Positions 39,235 through 51,825 of a DNA stretch of 64,000 nucleotides are shown here, piece by piece (within the stretch, counting starts at the first letter, position 1; each line of letters starts with the position of its first letter). Below the pieces are notes generated by a model. That model had not been told where the DNA came from. It did not search any database and saw only the letters and a program-made list of their open reading frames with translations. The DNA is from Styela clava (Eukaryota), in the NCBI RefSeq assembly GCF_964204865.1, contig NC_135261.1:6448001-6512000 (forward strand), read 5' to 3'. Made by a program: the position numbers and the translations under genes.

Positions 39235-40664
39235 CAGGTGTGTCCAACCAGTCAAAGACCAAGAGCCGCATTTCGTATTTTATTACCGCGCAGAGTCACA
39301 TTATAAACAAGAACACACATAAACATCAAATATACATTTATTCAGATCTTCTAGAATGCTAGTTTATTGCAAATGTCACTAACCGACATGATTATGACCG
39401 AAATTTACAAACCATTCAATGTTATGCATGTTACTTAGTGGGACTTCTGACATTCCTTAGATTGAACAATTTTCGTAAAATTTGGCTTGTACATGTCGTT
39501 ATAGCCAATCGAAGCAGTTCTTTCACATGGGTGTCAGTCAGAACAAATCAATGCTTTGATTTCAGGCGTTTTAGGATAGAAAACATGGATTCGCAGACGT
39601 ATGTTGACACAAACATTGGCAATATCCTAAGCGCAGCTCGTTTGACATTGGAATATTTTTTTATTGGCATGCTTTTCCATAACTCAATGGTTATTTTCAA
39701 AAAAGCAGGGGTCTCCACTTCAAAACATGTCGCGGGCCACTTTTTGAAATTTAGTCACCACGCGGGCTGCAAGCCAATAAATTAGGTACAAAAGAGGGTA
39801 TCTGAATGTGATGTGTTAAAATTACACTTGAATCTTACAGCAAATGAGACATGAAACATATTCATTTACTTGGGCTGGATATTTGGTTGGTTTGCTATTC
39901 TCAAGACAACAACAAAATGCTCGTCCGTTAGTCGTGTGCGGAGGACTGACTTGGTGACTTTCATAGTTGGAAAAAAAATTGCTCGCAAATATAAGAACTG
40001 CCAAACATCGCAGGTATGCGACGATAATGTGCAATTAGCTTCGCAAACCTTTCTTCGGCGCAACGGACTAAACGAAATTCGTTTATTTCGTCACAATGAA
40101 CATGCGAAATGAAATTATTGCATTTGTAATTGAATTATACCAATGGAATAAAACATGAACATGGATAACAGGGGAAAATTTTTTCTTCATTTCATACAGT
40201 TTGTCGGACCGGACTCTTAATGATAAATGACACGATAAAACTTACTAATAGTGACATTGGTTTTTGTGGAAAAATCCCTACCATGACGCGGGCCGGGTGT
40301 TGGAGACCCCTGAATTAAAGCGTATTTCTTCAATTACTTTTGTTAAATGGTAAACTGCGCGTTTACCACCGAACTTCGTTTTCGATACAATTACTACAGC
40401 CGTTGTAGTACAAAGTACGCGTCTCACAACAAAGAGTTTGATGGTGACGAAATAGTGGACGATTGCATGGTAAAGTGAATAAAGGCGCTCATGTATCTTC
40501 AACGTAAAAAAAGTATGCACTATGAATCATAATATGTTTAATCGAAACATGATGAATTGTAGTTGTAATTATTTTTTTCTTCAAAATAATCATGGCGAAA
40601 AGAGCCTCATGAAACCGGAACAAGAACCGCATGCGGCTCTCGAGCCATGGGTTGTCCATCCCTG
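39235..40664 (-). mobile_element. Deleted hAT (Buster/Charlie-like) element in the c5 proximal promoter, containing a second hAT remnant (39706-40312)
   Basis: CAGGTGTGTCCAACC...GGTTGTCCATCCCTG; TSD CTCTAGTG/CCCTAGAG. The minus strand at ~39480-39670 reads ILPMFVSTYVCESMFSILKRLKSKH*..LTDTHVKELLR (decayed hAT dimerisation region). Confidence 0.75.
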
Positions 40665-41074
40665 CCCTAGAGTCTAGACTTAACCGTGTTTGTATCGCAG
40701 ATTATACATATCGGGTTTATATCCCATGCGCTCTACCTTACTCAGGATGTAATAAATTGGGTAGGCAGTAGGCAGTGTCGTACCAAAATAGTTCAGGTCA
40801 TCAAAATGAATAGTAGTTTCTTCCACATCGTTAAATATCAGATGCTGCTTATACAGGCCCTTGTTTTAAGTGAAAGGCGCGGATAAGCGTTGTAAATTCC
40901 ACATTACTTGATTCTTTATTTTCTCCGGTGTGATCGAGAATCGTGAGAGCACTTTTTTGTTTCGACGTTGAGCCCAGACGCCATTACACAAACAATATTT
41001 AGGCTTCCCGCTGCTTGTCAGCAGGGAACCTATTGTATTCCTACGTTTTATTATTATTATTATTTATTTATTAT

Positions 41075-42410
41075 GTTTGTTAAATTTATTCACAGTTCTT
41101 TGACTGGTGTATATTTTCTTGAAATCGAGACACGTCCCGCGTCCTTAGATTTCAAGAACCCTTCTCAGTATTCTTGCACTTCCCAAAAGAGCCGCCTTTT
41201 GCAAAGATTCCAATCTATTAGGCAAATTCATATCTTTTAAATACCCTTCTAGCTTGTTTGATATTGCACCCAAGGCACCAACGACAACAGGTATAATTCT
41301 CGTTTTTACATTCCATATTTTTCCCATTTCTCTCCGTAAATCTTGATATTTTTCTATTTTTTCTTTTTCCTTTAATAAAATACGATGATCGGCCGGAACT
41401 GCTATGTCGATTATCAAGCATGTATTTTCGGATGAATTTATTACTACAATATCAGGCCTTCTGTGGGTAATGACGTGGTCTGTTTGTATGTTAAAATCCC
41501 ATAGAACCGTAACGTTATCATTGTTTTGTGATTTTTCTGGGGTGTGGTCGTACCAGTTGTTTTCTCTGTTAAGGCCGTATAGTTTGCAGAGTTCCCAATG
41601 AACAATTCTTGCTAGATTATCGTGTCGATATTTGTATTCTCTTTGCGCCAATTTTGAGCATTCACACAATATATGAAAAACTGTCTCATCTCTTGCATCA
41701 CACATTCTACATTTTGCAGACACTCCCCGCTTTTCGATTTTTGCTTTGATAACATTTGTTCTCAAAGCCTGTTCTTGAGCAGCTGTTATCAAACCTTCCG
41801 TTTCCTTCTTGAGGTATCCTTTCTTTAGCCAGTTCCATGAGTCCTCGACCATTATATTTTTAGTTTCACGAAGGTATTTCCCATGCAACGGTTTTTCTTT
41901 CCACCTTTCCATTCTTTCATCTATTTTCCTTTCTTTAAATGCATTTGAGTCTTCGTCGCCACACAAAATACCCTCGCGATACACGGCTTTCATCAAAATA
42001 TCTTCACTATTCTTTGCATACTCTGTCATACTTTTCTTCTCTGCTTGAACACAGTCCTCAACACTCATTAATCCACGGCCCCCCATTTGCCTTGGCAAAT
42101 ACAATCTGTCAACATCACCTCTGGGATGAAGCATTCCGTACATTGTTAAAAGTTTTCTTGACTTACGGTCGAGCTTTTCAAGATTGTTTTTTGACCAACC
42201 AATAAAAACAGCGCTGTATCTAATTACCGAAACTGCACGTATGTTAATAGCTTTGATAATGTTGCCGCCATTTAATTTTGATTTTAGAATTTGTTTTAAT
42301 CGTTTAGTATATTCATGGATGATCAGTTTCTTCATTTGATTTTCGTTTATCGAATTTGATTCCAATATTCCAAGGTATTTGTATCCATTGCTTTCCTCGA
42401 GCTGATTTAT
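41075..42410 (-). mobile_element. 5'-truncated RLE-type non-LTR retrotransposon (R4/Dong-like)
   Basis: Identical 27-bp flanks TTATTATTATTATTATTTATTTATTAT at 41048-41074 and 42411-42437; open RT-thumb, CCHC and RLE frame. Confidence 0.85.
41145..42395 (-). pseudogene. C-terminal part of non-LTR ORF: RT end (GYKYLGI), CCHC knuckle, restriction-like endonuclease
   Basis: CRMCDARDETVFHILCEC, RHD, RRPDIVV, IIDIAV and KIEKY motifs. No stops, but the N-terminus and RT core are missing. Confidence 0.85.
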
Positions 42411-42519
42411 TTATTATTATTATTATTTATTTATTATTATTTATTTTTATTATTTTTTTTTCAAATTGGTCCTACAAACTTGAAATTCACCTCAGATGTG
42501 CAGAAGTTCTCAGCTAGCA

Positions 42520-43515
42520 ATAAAATGCAAATTTTATGCGTGACTGACCACGCTTCCACGCTCCAGTGAGCAAAACGCGTCTTCAGTTTTTTTGTGATTT
42601 CTCAAAATTGATACATGCTATTGGGTTGAAATTCATAACAATGATTAATGGACATGTTCCGGATACGATATGCCAAGGATACGCATGAGTGACCACGCTT
42701 TCACGCTCCAGTGAGCAAAACGCGTCTTCAGTTTTTTTGCGATTTCTCAAAATTGATACATGCTAAGGATACGCATGAGTGACCTCGGCGATACGCTCCA
42801 TTGAGCAATATAGGATTTTACATTTTCATCTTATTCTCGAGAACGACACTACTCAGAGACTTGAAATTTACATCACATGCAGATAATAAGTCTCCCATCA
42901 TAAATTGCAAATTTTATGCATGACTGACCACGCTTTCACGCTCCAGTGAACAAAACGCGTCTTCAGTTTTTTTGCGATTTCTCAAAATTGATACATGCTA
43001 TTGGGTTGAAATTCATAACAATGATTATTGGATATGTTTCGGATACGATATGTCAAGGATACGCATGAGTGACCTCGGCGATACGCTCCAGTGAGCAATA
43101 TAGGATTTTACATTTTCATCTTCTTCTCGAGAACGACACTACTTAGAGACTTGAAATTTACATCACATGCAGATAATAAGTCCCCCATCATAAATTGCGA
43201 ATTTTATGCATGACTGACCACGCTTTCACGCTCCAGTGAGCAAAACGCGTCTTCAGTTTTTTTGCGATTTCTCAAAATTGATACATGCTATTGGGTTGAA
43301 ATTCATAACAATGATTAATGGACATGTTCCGGATACGATATGTCAAGGATACGCATGAGTGACCTCGGCGATACGCTCCAGTGAGCAATATAGGAAGAGA
43401 CTTGAAATTTACATCACATGCAGATAATAAGTCCTCCATCATGAATTGCAAATTTTATGCATGACTGACCACGCTTTCACGCTCCAGTGAGCAAAACGCG
43501 TCTTCAGTTTTTTTT
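42520..43515. repeat. Tandem array with ~290-bp unit (about 3.5 units, internal deletions) inside the Helentron-like element
   Basis: CACGCTCCAGTGA(G/A)CAAAACGCGTCTTCAG recurs at ~42557, 42703, 42937, 43227 and 43478. Confidence 0.85.
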
Positions 43516-44902
43516 ACGCGGGAAGCATGTTAATGCTGCACGCAGCTCTAGTTTTTTAATTGGTTTCATTTATATTTTCATGGGTGTCAAATGCATACAA
43601 AAACAATCAATGCGTAATCAATAAATAAACCAAACTATAATTGAAAAAGAAATTTCAATAAAATTTGATTCCACTTTTTGTGGAATTCCGCATAGAATAA
43701 ATAGATACTTACTGGACATTCCTGTTTGATACGAGAAATAATTGAAGTAAATGACAAACAATTGTTTATTCAATCTTTTACAATCAGTACCTTATTAACC
43801 CTCCCACCTCCAGATCCACTTTATTATTTACCGTTTCATTATATTTATGTTCACACAAAACAGGATGATGAGATACAGGATTGTCTTTTGCGATTATGCA
43901 TGAGCTTTAACAATTAATGTTGAAAGTACATAATACTCTCGAAACCTGTTTCACCATCAAATACAATCGATTGACCTATAATTGACTATGTGGTTTAAAC
44001 ACTGATATTCATGTCGATTATTTTTTCTATTATGATATTGAGATTTGATACTTTGTGCCACCTCCGCAACCTTCTATGAGAATATGTGACAAATGCAAGG
44101 TTGAGGATGTCACCGATTCCTAACCCCGATTGAATTATATGATTCAATTCAAACGTAAGGTTGGCGGGGTTCAAAAAAATTATTAAATTATATATTAAAA
44201 AATTATTTGTCATTTACCTCAATTATTCCTCGTATCAAACAGGAATATCAATTAAGTATCTACTTATTCTAAGCAGAATTCCACAAAAAGTTGACCCAAA
44301 TGTTTTTTTAAAAACTCTCTCAATCATGGTTACTTCTTGATTACGCATTGATTGTTTATATATACATTTAAATAACACGCTTGAAAATATAAATGCAACC
44401 AATTAAAAATAGGTTGTTTTTGTAATGGTTACTGGATTCATACCATTACATATATGTCTTGAGTGTAATAACGTTGAAACAAATATGTACTATCACGATT
44501 CTCGATCATTATGGGGAAGACAAAGAAACAAGAAATGTGATTTTTTTCAAGTACGACGCTAACTCGAGCGTTTCACTCAAAACAAGGCCATGTATAAGCA
44601 ACCATTGACTTCTAATGATATTTGAGTAGCTACTATTTAGTTGGAATGACCTGAACCTGTTGGTTTCAGCACTGCCTACCCAATTTATTACCCCCTGAGT
44701 GAGGCAGGGCGCATGGGATTTGTGTAATCTGCGATGCCATTTGCATCTTAAGACTTTAACCGCGAGGTTATTGCGCCGCCCGGCAATTGACAAAAAAGGC
44801 ACTCGTTGCCAAAAAAAATGGAGAACTATATAAAAAGCGTAGGTACCTTAGTTATACCTTCATTCGTGAAAATCGATACTCTTGTGCTGGTTTCACTACA
44901 AA

Positions 44903-47177
44903 ATGAGTTTGTTAGCATCCTTCATTCTTACGTTGCTGTTCGTAATTGAATGTTGCGCTCAAGAACATCGAAGCAATATAAGCTTTGTCACAATGAGTCC
45001 AGAGATTGAACCTGGCTCGGGAAATTCTGATAACAACGTAAGCATATCTTGTGCAATTGAAAATGTAACTTCAGCAAAAGTCGATCAATACGACATCAGA
45101 ATCAAAGCTTTGGAACAGAAACTGGAAGAACTTGAGAGAGAAAAAAATAAGAAGTGCTCGCCAACGTCATGTGAGTTTAGGAAAATACATCTATTCGTAG
45201 ATTCTCCTACTATTTCTATTATTTTGTTTTACTTTTCTATTTTTATCAAATTGCAGACAAAATTATATAATATCAGCATAGATTTAAGTTTTACTGACAA
45301 GTCGATTGTGTTCTAAACTCAATCGAAAAATTCAAAAAAGAATTTCTGATTTAATTGCAAGATTTCACCAATGCCTAATCGGGAACCCTGATTCCAGGGG
45401 CGTAGCCAGAAATGCTAATTTTGTTATTACAATTTTTAATATAAGACCGATTTTCAGATTATTGAGTTTTATAAAAGTATATATTTTCAGTTTTAGACAC
45501 CTGGGACATGGCATCTTTAATCATGGAAAAAGCTCGCGAAACAGCATTAAAAGGTAAAATATTGGAATATTTTTAAATATTTACAGACTTGTAATAAATA
45601 AATAATAGGAAATGATAATTTCATGAATACAAAAAAATCGATGTAAGTGATAAATTAGAAATACAAATATAACTCTGCTAAATGCAACGTTAACGTGTAG
45701 GAATTTTGTAAACTATTATTCTTTAGTTCCAAATGATTCTCAATGTCAAACAACATGTCGACCAGGCAAGAAAGGCCCAGAAGGTTCAAAAGGTGATATC
45801 GGATCACCAGGACAAAATGGCGCCACGGGTCGTCAGGGAGCTAAAGGAGAAGGTGGAACACCATGTAATTGCTCACGATATGATGAGTTGGCACACAAAG
45901 TTCAAATCCTCGAACAGAAAGGTTACTATTGCAAATTCATACCCTTATTATAAATTATTGCATTATTTTATTATAAAACTTAATGTCAATTAATTGTGTC
46001 GCAAGTGTTGCATATATGGCTTAAAATGAGAATTTACAAATCGCTCTCTGGATCTAAACGTCAATATGGAGTTTTGGCTTTGTAGATAAATCCATGCAAT
46101 TATAAAGCTTTTTTTATATGGTTTTATATTTGTTCTTATTTTAATTTTAGCTCGAGAATTACAACCCTTAGCAGATGGTTGGTATCGCGTCCCCAATTAC
46201 CCATATTGGTACAAATTGGTCAAAGTACCGTCAGACTATCAAACTGCCAGGAAAAACTGCGAACGCATGGGAGGCCGATTAGCAGCAACGGGTATACGCA
46301 ACCCAACTATTCGCAGGTAATTCAACATTGTATATTACAATGATAATATTAGTATTGCCATATAGAAATTTGACTCAACAATATTTAAACTTCACCCGTA
46401 ATCCAAAAACACTTTCACGACCTCAAGTTTATTGGGGAAAAGCTATATGATGCGTCATTGTGGAACCCTCTCATATGTTTTCTTTGTATAGGGTGTGAGT
46501 GAGTTATGTAGTTTCAGACTTATTTTGTAACGAGAACGAGGTGCATTTCTAGTGAAATTTTGGCACGATTGGGGACGAAAGAATTGGAAAAAGGCAGTAT
46601 GCGTCTTCCGACTGATTCAACCTTCTATTGAGGAAAAATTCAAATCGATTGATCTAGAAGTTGCGGGAAAGCGATTAGATGGGTTTTTAAAATACAACAT
46701 ATAAAACTGAATTTTGGAGTTTGACCTTCTTCAAGTTATTGTTTAAAAATAAATATTGAACAGCTCAAGTCTTTTACTTTCGTTTCGCATTTTGAATAAG
46801 AAAAGGAATGTTGGGAATTCAATGACTTATTAAATAATACATCGAACTTCATTATTTCCTTTCTTAAATTATTTGATATTGTTGGACTAATTTATGTTCA
46901 CCATGTTTAAAATATAATAAATACCATTTTCAGCGATCTTGTCGGCAATTTTAATAGAAAAACAGAAACATCGTTCTGGATAGGACTTGACGATCTTAAG
47001 AAACAGGACAACTGGAAATGGTCGGACGGAGTTTCATCAACTTCTTCTAATACACCATGGAGCAGAGGTCAACCAAATCGTCGGGATGAAAGATGCGCTT
47101 GCATGCGCGAGCCTCTCCAATATAAGTTAATAGACGCCCATTGTTCCACAAATAGATTATTCCTTTGTGAAAAGTAA
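44903..47177 (+). CDS. Collectin-like protein c6 (QPN motif)
   Basis: Exons 44903-45170, 45491-45553, 45727-45921, 46151-46316 and 46934-47177 splice in frame. Ends GQPNRRDERCACMREPLQYKLIDAHCSTNRLFLCEK. Confidence 0.9.
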
Positions 47178-47750
47178 TCACTTCTTTCTTACTTCTAAAG
47201 AATTGCAACAATAATCAGAAAACTATAGTCTGTAGCCTACCCACAACTCAGGCTAAAGTCCGAACCCCAAATATCCATACGGGCCTGATTGTTTTTTCTT
47301 TGAAATGTACGTTCCAGAATTTAACCGGTTCAAAGATTCTTCCCTAAAATTTTTCCTATTTTGAAACCTCCGTTATTCTTGTTTCAAATATTCCCATTAG
47401 AAAAGATAAATATTTTAAATACGGTTACTTAAATGAATTTGTCTAAATTTGAAAAACCCATTTAAACCTTAAAAATAAAAGGTTCGACATCTTTTTGAAT
47501 TAATTGTTTTACCCCAATAATGCTTGTAAAGAACAAATATAGCTATATTACTTTATCCGGGCAACAGTGAATCTAAGAATTATATATTTTCTTTATTATT
47601 TGAAAATGATTTTCATTGTAGGCCTGTTTATTTTAAACAATTCAATGTTATATTTATCAGTAATGTTAAGCAGAATGTAATGAATGTGAAACACGAGACA
47701 CGTCCAGGACAATGGATACTCCCGTATTATACCAGCTTAGGGTTAGGGCC

Positions 47751-48293
47751 CAGGGGTCGGGAACCTTTTTGGTCAAGAGGTCCATAAACATACATACATA
47801 TTTTCAATTGCATTTCCGCGTGAGCCATACAGCATTTCTCCACTTAATCAGGCCTGAAATTTGTACTCGAAAGTCAACACATACAATGTCAATATACATT
47901 TAATGTGACTTCTGATGCTGCATGTTGTCGCTGCGGGCATTGTACGTCTGCTCATATGCAGAAAAAGTTGAAATCTACGATACTCAACCTCTATTTGTTC
48001 GTTTAGGCATCTCCGTAGTATTTTAAAAACTCTTTTGAATGTCACAAAATATGTTCCAGAATCCCCTAGTCTTGTCACAATGCCTGTCTGAAAATTCTCT
48101 TAAATAACATAGACATGCGCTCGGCGTGCGTTCTCAAACGTATTGGGAATTTTCTGCCAAATTTGCTATAAAAGAGTTTGAAATCTTGTAACAATAGTAA
48201 GCTAAGTCTTAGAATGTCAGATTTTTCTGGGAGCCATATGCCGTCACCAAAAGAGCCATATATGGCTCGCGAACCATGGGTTTCCGACCCCTG
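47751..48293. mobile_element. hAT MITE inserted into a Merlin-like MITE
   Basis: CAGGGGTCGGGAACC...GTTTCCGACCCCTG with GAGCCA/TGGCTC subterminal motifs; GGTTAGG is duplicated in the flanks. Confidence 0.7.
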
Positions 48294-49511
48294 GGTTAGG
48301 TCATAATTTTATTTCGATTTTCCTCACTTTTGTTCTATTACGAGTTCGCGACTGTCAGTGTTAGCCACGCTACATCTAAACAGACAGACAGAACGACTGG
48401 TAATAAGGGTCTCCTAGAGCGGAGATCCAAAAATTGCAAGTCAACCTTAACTATGTGACCTCACTAATGCCACGGGTAATTCGATACTGTTCCAATTATG
48501 ACATCACACACCCCTGGATATGCTTGCGTCTGCATGTCATTCATTTCTAATCCTTTTATGAACAAGGGCACATCGAGCAGCTTTGATCAACGTTCTTCGC
48601 TCCATCTGCGCTTTGGCTCAAGCGGATATTCAATATTGACACCACGGCATCCACCCCCCCCCCCCCCCCCCCCCCCCCCGTTTAGTGTGAATATAATCAA
48701 ATGATGGCTGAATAGAAAGTGAAACTGGAGGTGAAAGGTCGATTTATTACATAAATGATATTTATAACACGGGATACCGTTTTAACCGCCCCTGTGCCCT
48801 ATGGTGGCCTACTACTTGTCGAAGCGGAGCCCTTTATTTACTTATCTTATTTTATTTCTTCGCGTTCTTTTTGGAGGTGAAATGTAAAATGCTATGTAAA
48901 ATGTTGGGATCGCTGGTTTAAGTTTTTCAGATATACAAACTTTCAACACCAAAGATGACATGTCGAGGGTTAGCTATGAAGACATGATGAACTTAGTCGC
49001 ATTCAAAAAATAGTGGAAAAAATATACAAACCGCTCAACTTCGCCTCATCTACATTAGTGCCTCGGATAATGACAATAACTTTCTTATTTTTATCATTAC
49101 TCTAAAATTGCGCAAAGCTCACAGTTCCCGTTTTTGATGTTCACAAGTATATAATGATTCCGTTTATTATCATTCATTGGAAAATTCAATTAGTCCAAAC
49201 AGAAAATGCAATACTTAAACTCAACAATTAAAATTAATTCAATATGTTCGATACTCAGAATACATGATTTTATAATAATAAAGGTTGTTAATAAAGATCG
49301 AGTTTACAATGAATATACGGTTCCACAAAAAACTTGAAAGCAATGTTTTGTGAATAAAAATTCAATTTACTCAATTATCGAATAGTCGTAGCTATAGTTT
49401 TAGACTATTTTCCGTAGCTATATTTTAGGCGAGTTACTATAGATATTGTTTCTTTTTTTTGTTCATAGCATTACCAACCATATAATCAAAGGGAAAAAGA
49501 GAATTTCTCAA

Positions 49512-51825
49512 TTACTTCTCACAAAGATAGAATTGTTTGTAATTACAACTCACATCTGCTATCTGATATTGCAGTTGATTCCACATACACACACCTCTTT
49601 CATTTCGACCATTTGGTTCTCCTCGGCCCCATGGTGTATTAGAAGAAGTTGATGAAACTCCATCCGACCATTTCCAGTTGTCTTGTTTCTCAAGGTCGTC
49701 AAGTCCTATCCAGATCGCAGTTCCTGTTTTTCCAATAAAGGTGTCGAGAAGATCGCTTAAAATGATATTATGTTTAATTTGGATCAACAATGTCAAATAA
49801 TTCAGAAAAATACAAAAGTTGAACGTAAATCTTTCTAATCAATTGGATTTCCAACACTCACTTGAAAGCTTTAACTATTCATAGTTTTGTTTTCATTATC
49901 AAATTGACTTAGATAGAAAGTTGAAATAAAATATAATGCATTTAATTTCCATCTAACAGTTGTTGTTGTAAAAATCGCTTTAGCGCAACTTTTAGATTAA
50001 TCGATTTGAATTTTTGGAGCAGTTGGTAGAAGCATACTACTCTTTATTTCAAATTTTGTTGTCCCCAATCAGGCCAGATGTCTCGCCGGAAATTCACTTG
50101 CGTTACAACTTCTACACCCTATACAAGGAAAACGTTACCGGCTTTCGCACGGGATATGTGCGATCATCAAAGTGTTTTGCAGCAGTATTATTGTTTTAAT
50201 ACTTATATGAGTCAAATGACAATACTATTATAATTGTATAATTACCTGCGAATAGCTGGATTGCGTATACCCTTTGCTGCTAATCGACCACCCATGAGTT
50301 CGCAGTTTTTTCTGGCTGTTTGATAGTCTGACCGTACTTTGAATAGTTTATACCAGAATGGGTAACTGGGAACACGATACCAACCATCTGCTAAAAGTTG
50401 TAATTCTCGAGCTAAAAATAAATAAGAACAAATATAAAACCATATTAAAGAAAGCTTTATAATTGCTTAATATATGGATTTCTCTAAAAAGCCAAAGCTT
50501 CATATTGAAGTTTAGATCAAGAGAGCGGTTTGCAAATCCTCAGTCTTAGCCATATTCAACACTTGCGACACAATCAATTAACGTAAGGTTTTTAAATAAA
50601 ATAATGTTATAAAATATAATAAGAGTAGGAATTTGAGGTAGTAACTATCTTTGATGATTTGAACTTTGTGTGCCAACTCATCATATCGTAAGCAAATACA
50701 TTGTGTTCCGCTTTCTCCTTTAGCTCCTTGACGTCCCGTGGTGCCAATTTGTCCTGGTGATCCGATATCACCTTTTGAACCTTCTGGGCCTTTCTTGCCT
50801 GGTCGACATGCTGTTTGAGATTGAGAATCATTTGGAACTAAAGAATAATTATTTTAGTTTACAAAATTTTTACACGTGAGGGTTGCATTTAGCAAAGTTG
50901 TATTTGTATTTCTAATTATTTAAAAATAATCCAATATTTTACCATTTATTGCTGTTTCTCGAACTTTTTCTATGATTGAAGATACCATGTCCCAGGTGTC
51001 TAAAACTGAAAATATATACTCTCTCAAAACTCAATAATCTGAAGATCTGTCCTATAATAAAATGGGGGAATCCCATAGTATGTGTACCAGGTTAGAGTTA
51101 GGCCATAATTTTATTCCGATTTTCCATATTTCAGTTCTAATACGAGTTCGGGGACTGTCTGTGTTACCCAAGTGGATATACCCCCTGCCCATAGGCCTCC
51201 GTTCCTTTACACAACTTGATGTAAAGTAGGCGAACAAAATTAGATATCTCCATATTGGTACACATACTTCTCGAACGCCAACAATTGTAAAAACAAAATA
51301 TCGCATTAAATATAAAACCGATACTTTAGACTCAGGTTTCCCGATTACGCATTGGTGCAATCTTGTGATTAAATCAAAAATCCTTTTTTTCAATTCAATG
51401 ATTGGGATTAAAACAAACACAATCGACTTTTTAATAAGCATTAAATCTATCCTGATATTGAATAATTTCGTCTGTAATTTGATAAATATAGAAAAGTAAA
51501 ACAAAAGAATAGAAATAATAAAAGAATCTACGACCAGATATATTTTCTCAAACTTACATGACGTTGGCGAGCAGCTCTTTACTTTGTCTTTCTCAATTTC
51601 TTTTAGTTTCCGTTCCAGGGATTTGATTCTGATATCGTGTTGATCAATTTTTCTTGAAGTTACATTTTCAATTTCACTAGATAGGCTCACGTTGTTATCA
51701 GAATTTCCCGAGCCAGGTGCGATCACTGGACTCGTTGTGACAAAGCTAATATTGCTTTGATGTTCTTGAGCGCAACATTCAACTACGCATAGGAACGTAA
51801 GAATAAAGGATGCTAACGAACCCAT
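49512..51825 (-). CDS. Collectin-like protein c7 (EPN motif; two Cys substitutions)
   Basis: Exons 51825-51558, 51005-50943, 50837-50646, 50411-50246 and 49755-49512 splice in frame. Ends GEPNGRNERGVCMWNQLQYQIADVSCNYKQFYLCEK. Confidence 0.88.

Larger units (their letters stand above)
40998..43551 (+). mobile_element. Helentron-associated / DINE-1-like non-autonomous rolling-circle element
   Basis: Subterminal inverted repeat GCTTCCCGC (41003) / GCGGGAAGC (43518), 5' hairpin, (TTA)n microsatellite, central tandem array, 3' hairpin then CTAG. Inserted in a T run whose empty site is visible in the paralogous arm at ~7452-7497. Confidence 0.7.

Noticed and set aside
42520-43515. CRISPR-like array
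   Set aside because: The sequences between the recurring motifs are themselves repeated (~290-bp tandem unit), and the context is eukaryotic.
48653-48679. Poly-C run (and poly-G at 61251-61268) as polyproline CDS or regulatory element
   Set aside because: Simple homopolymers with no conservation in paralogous positions.
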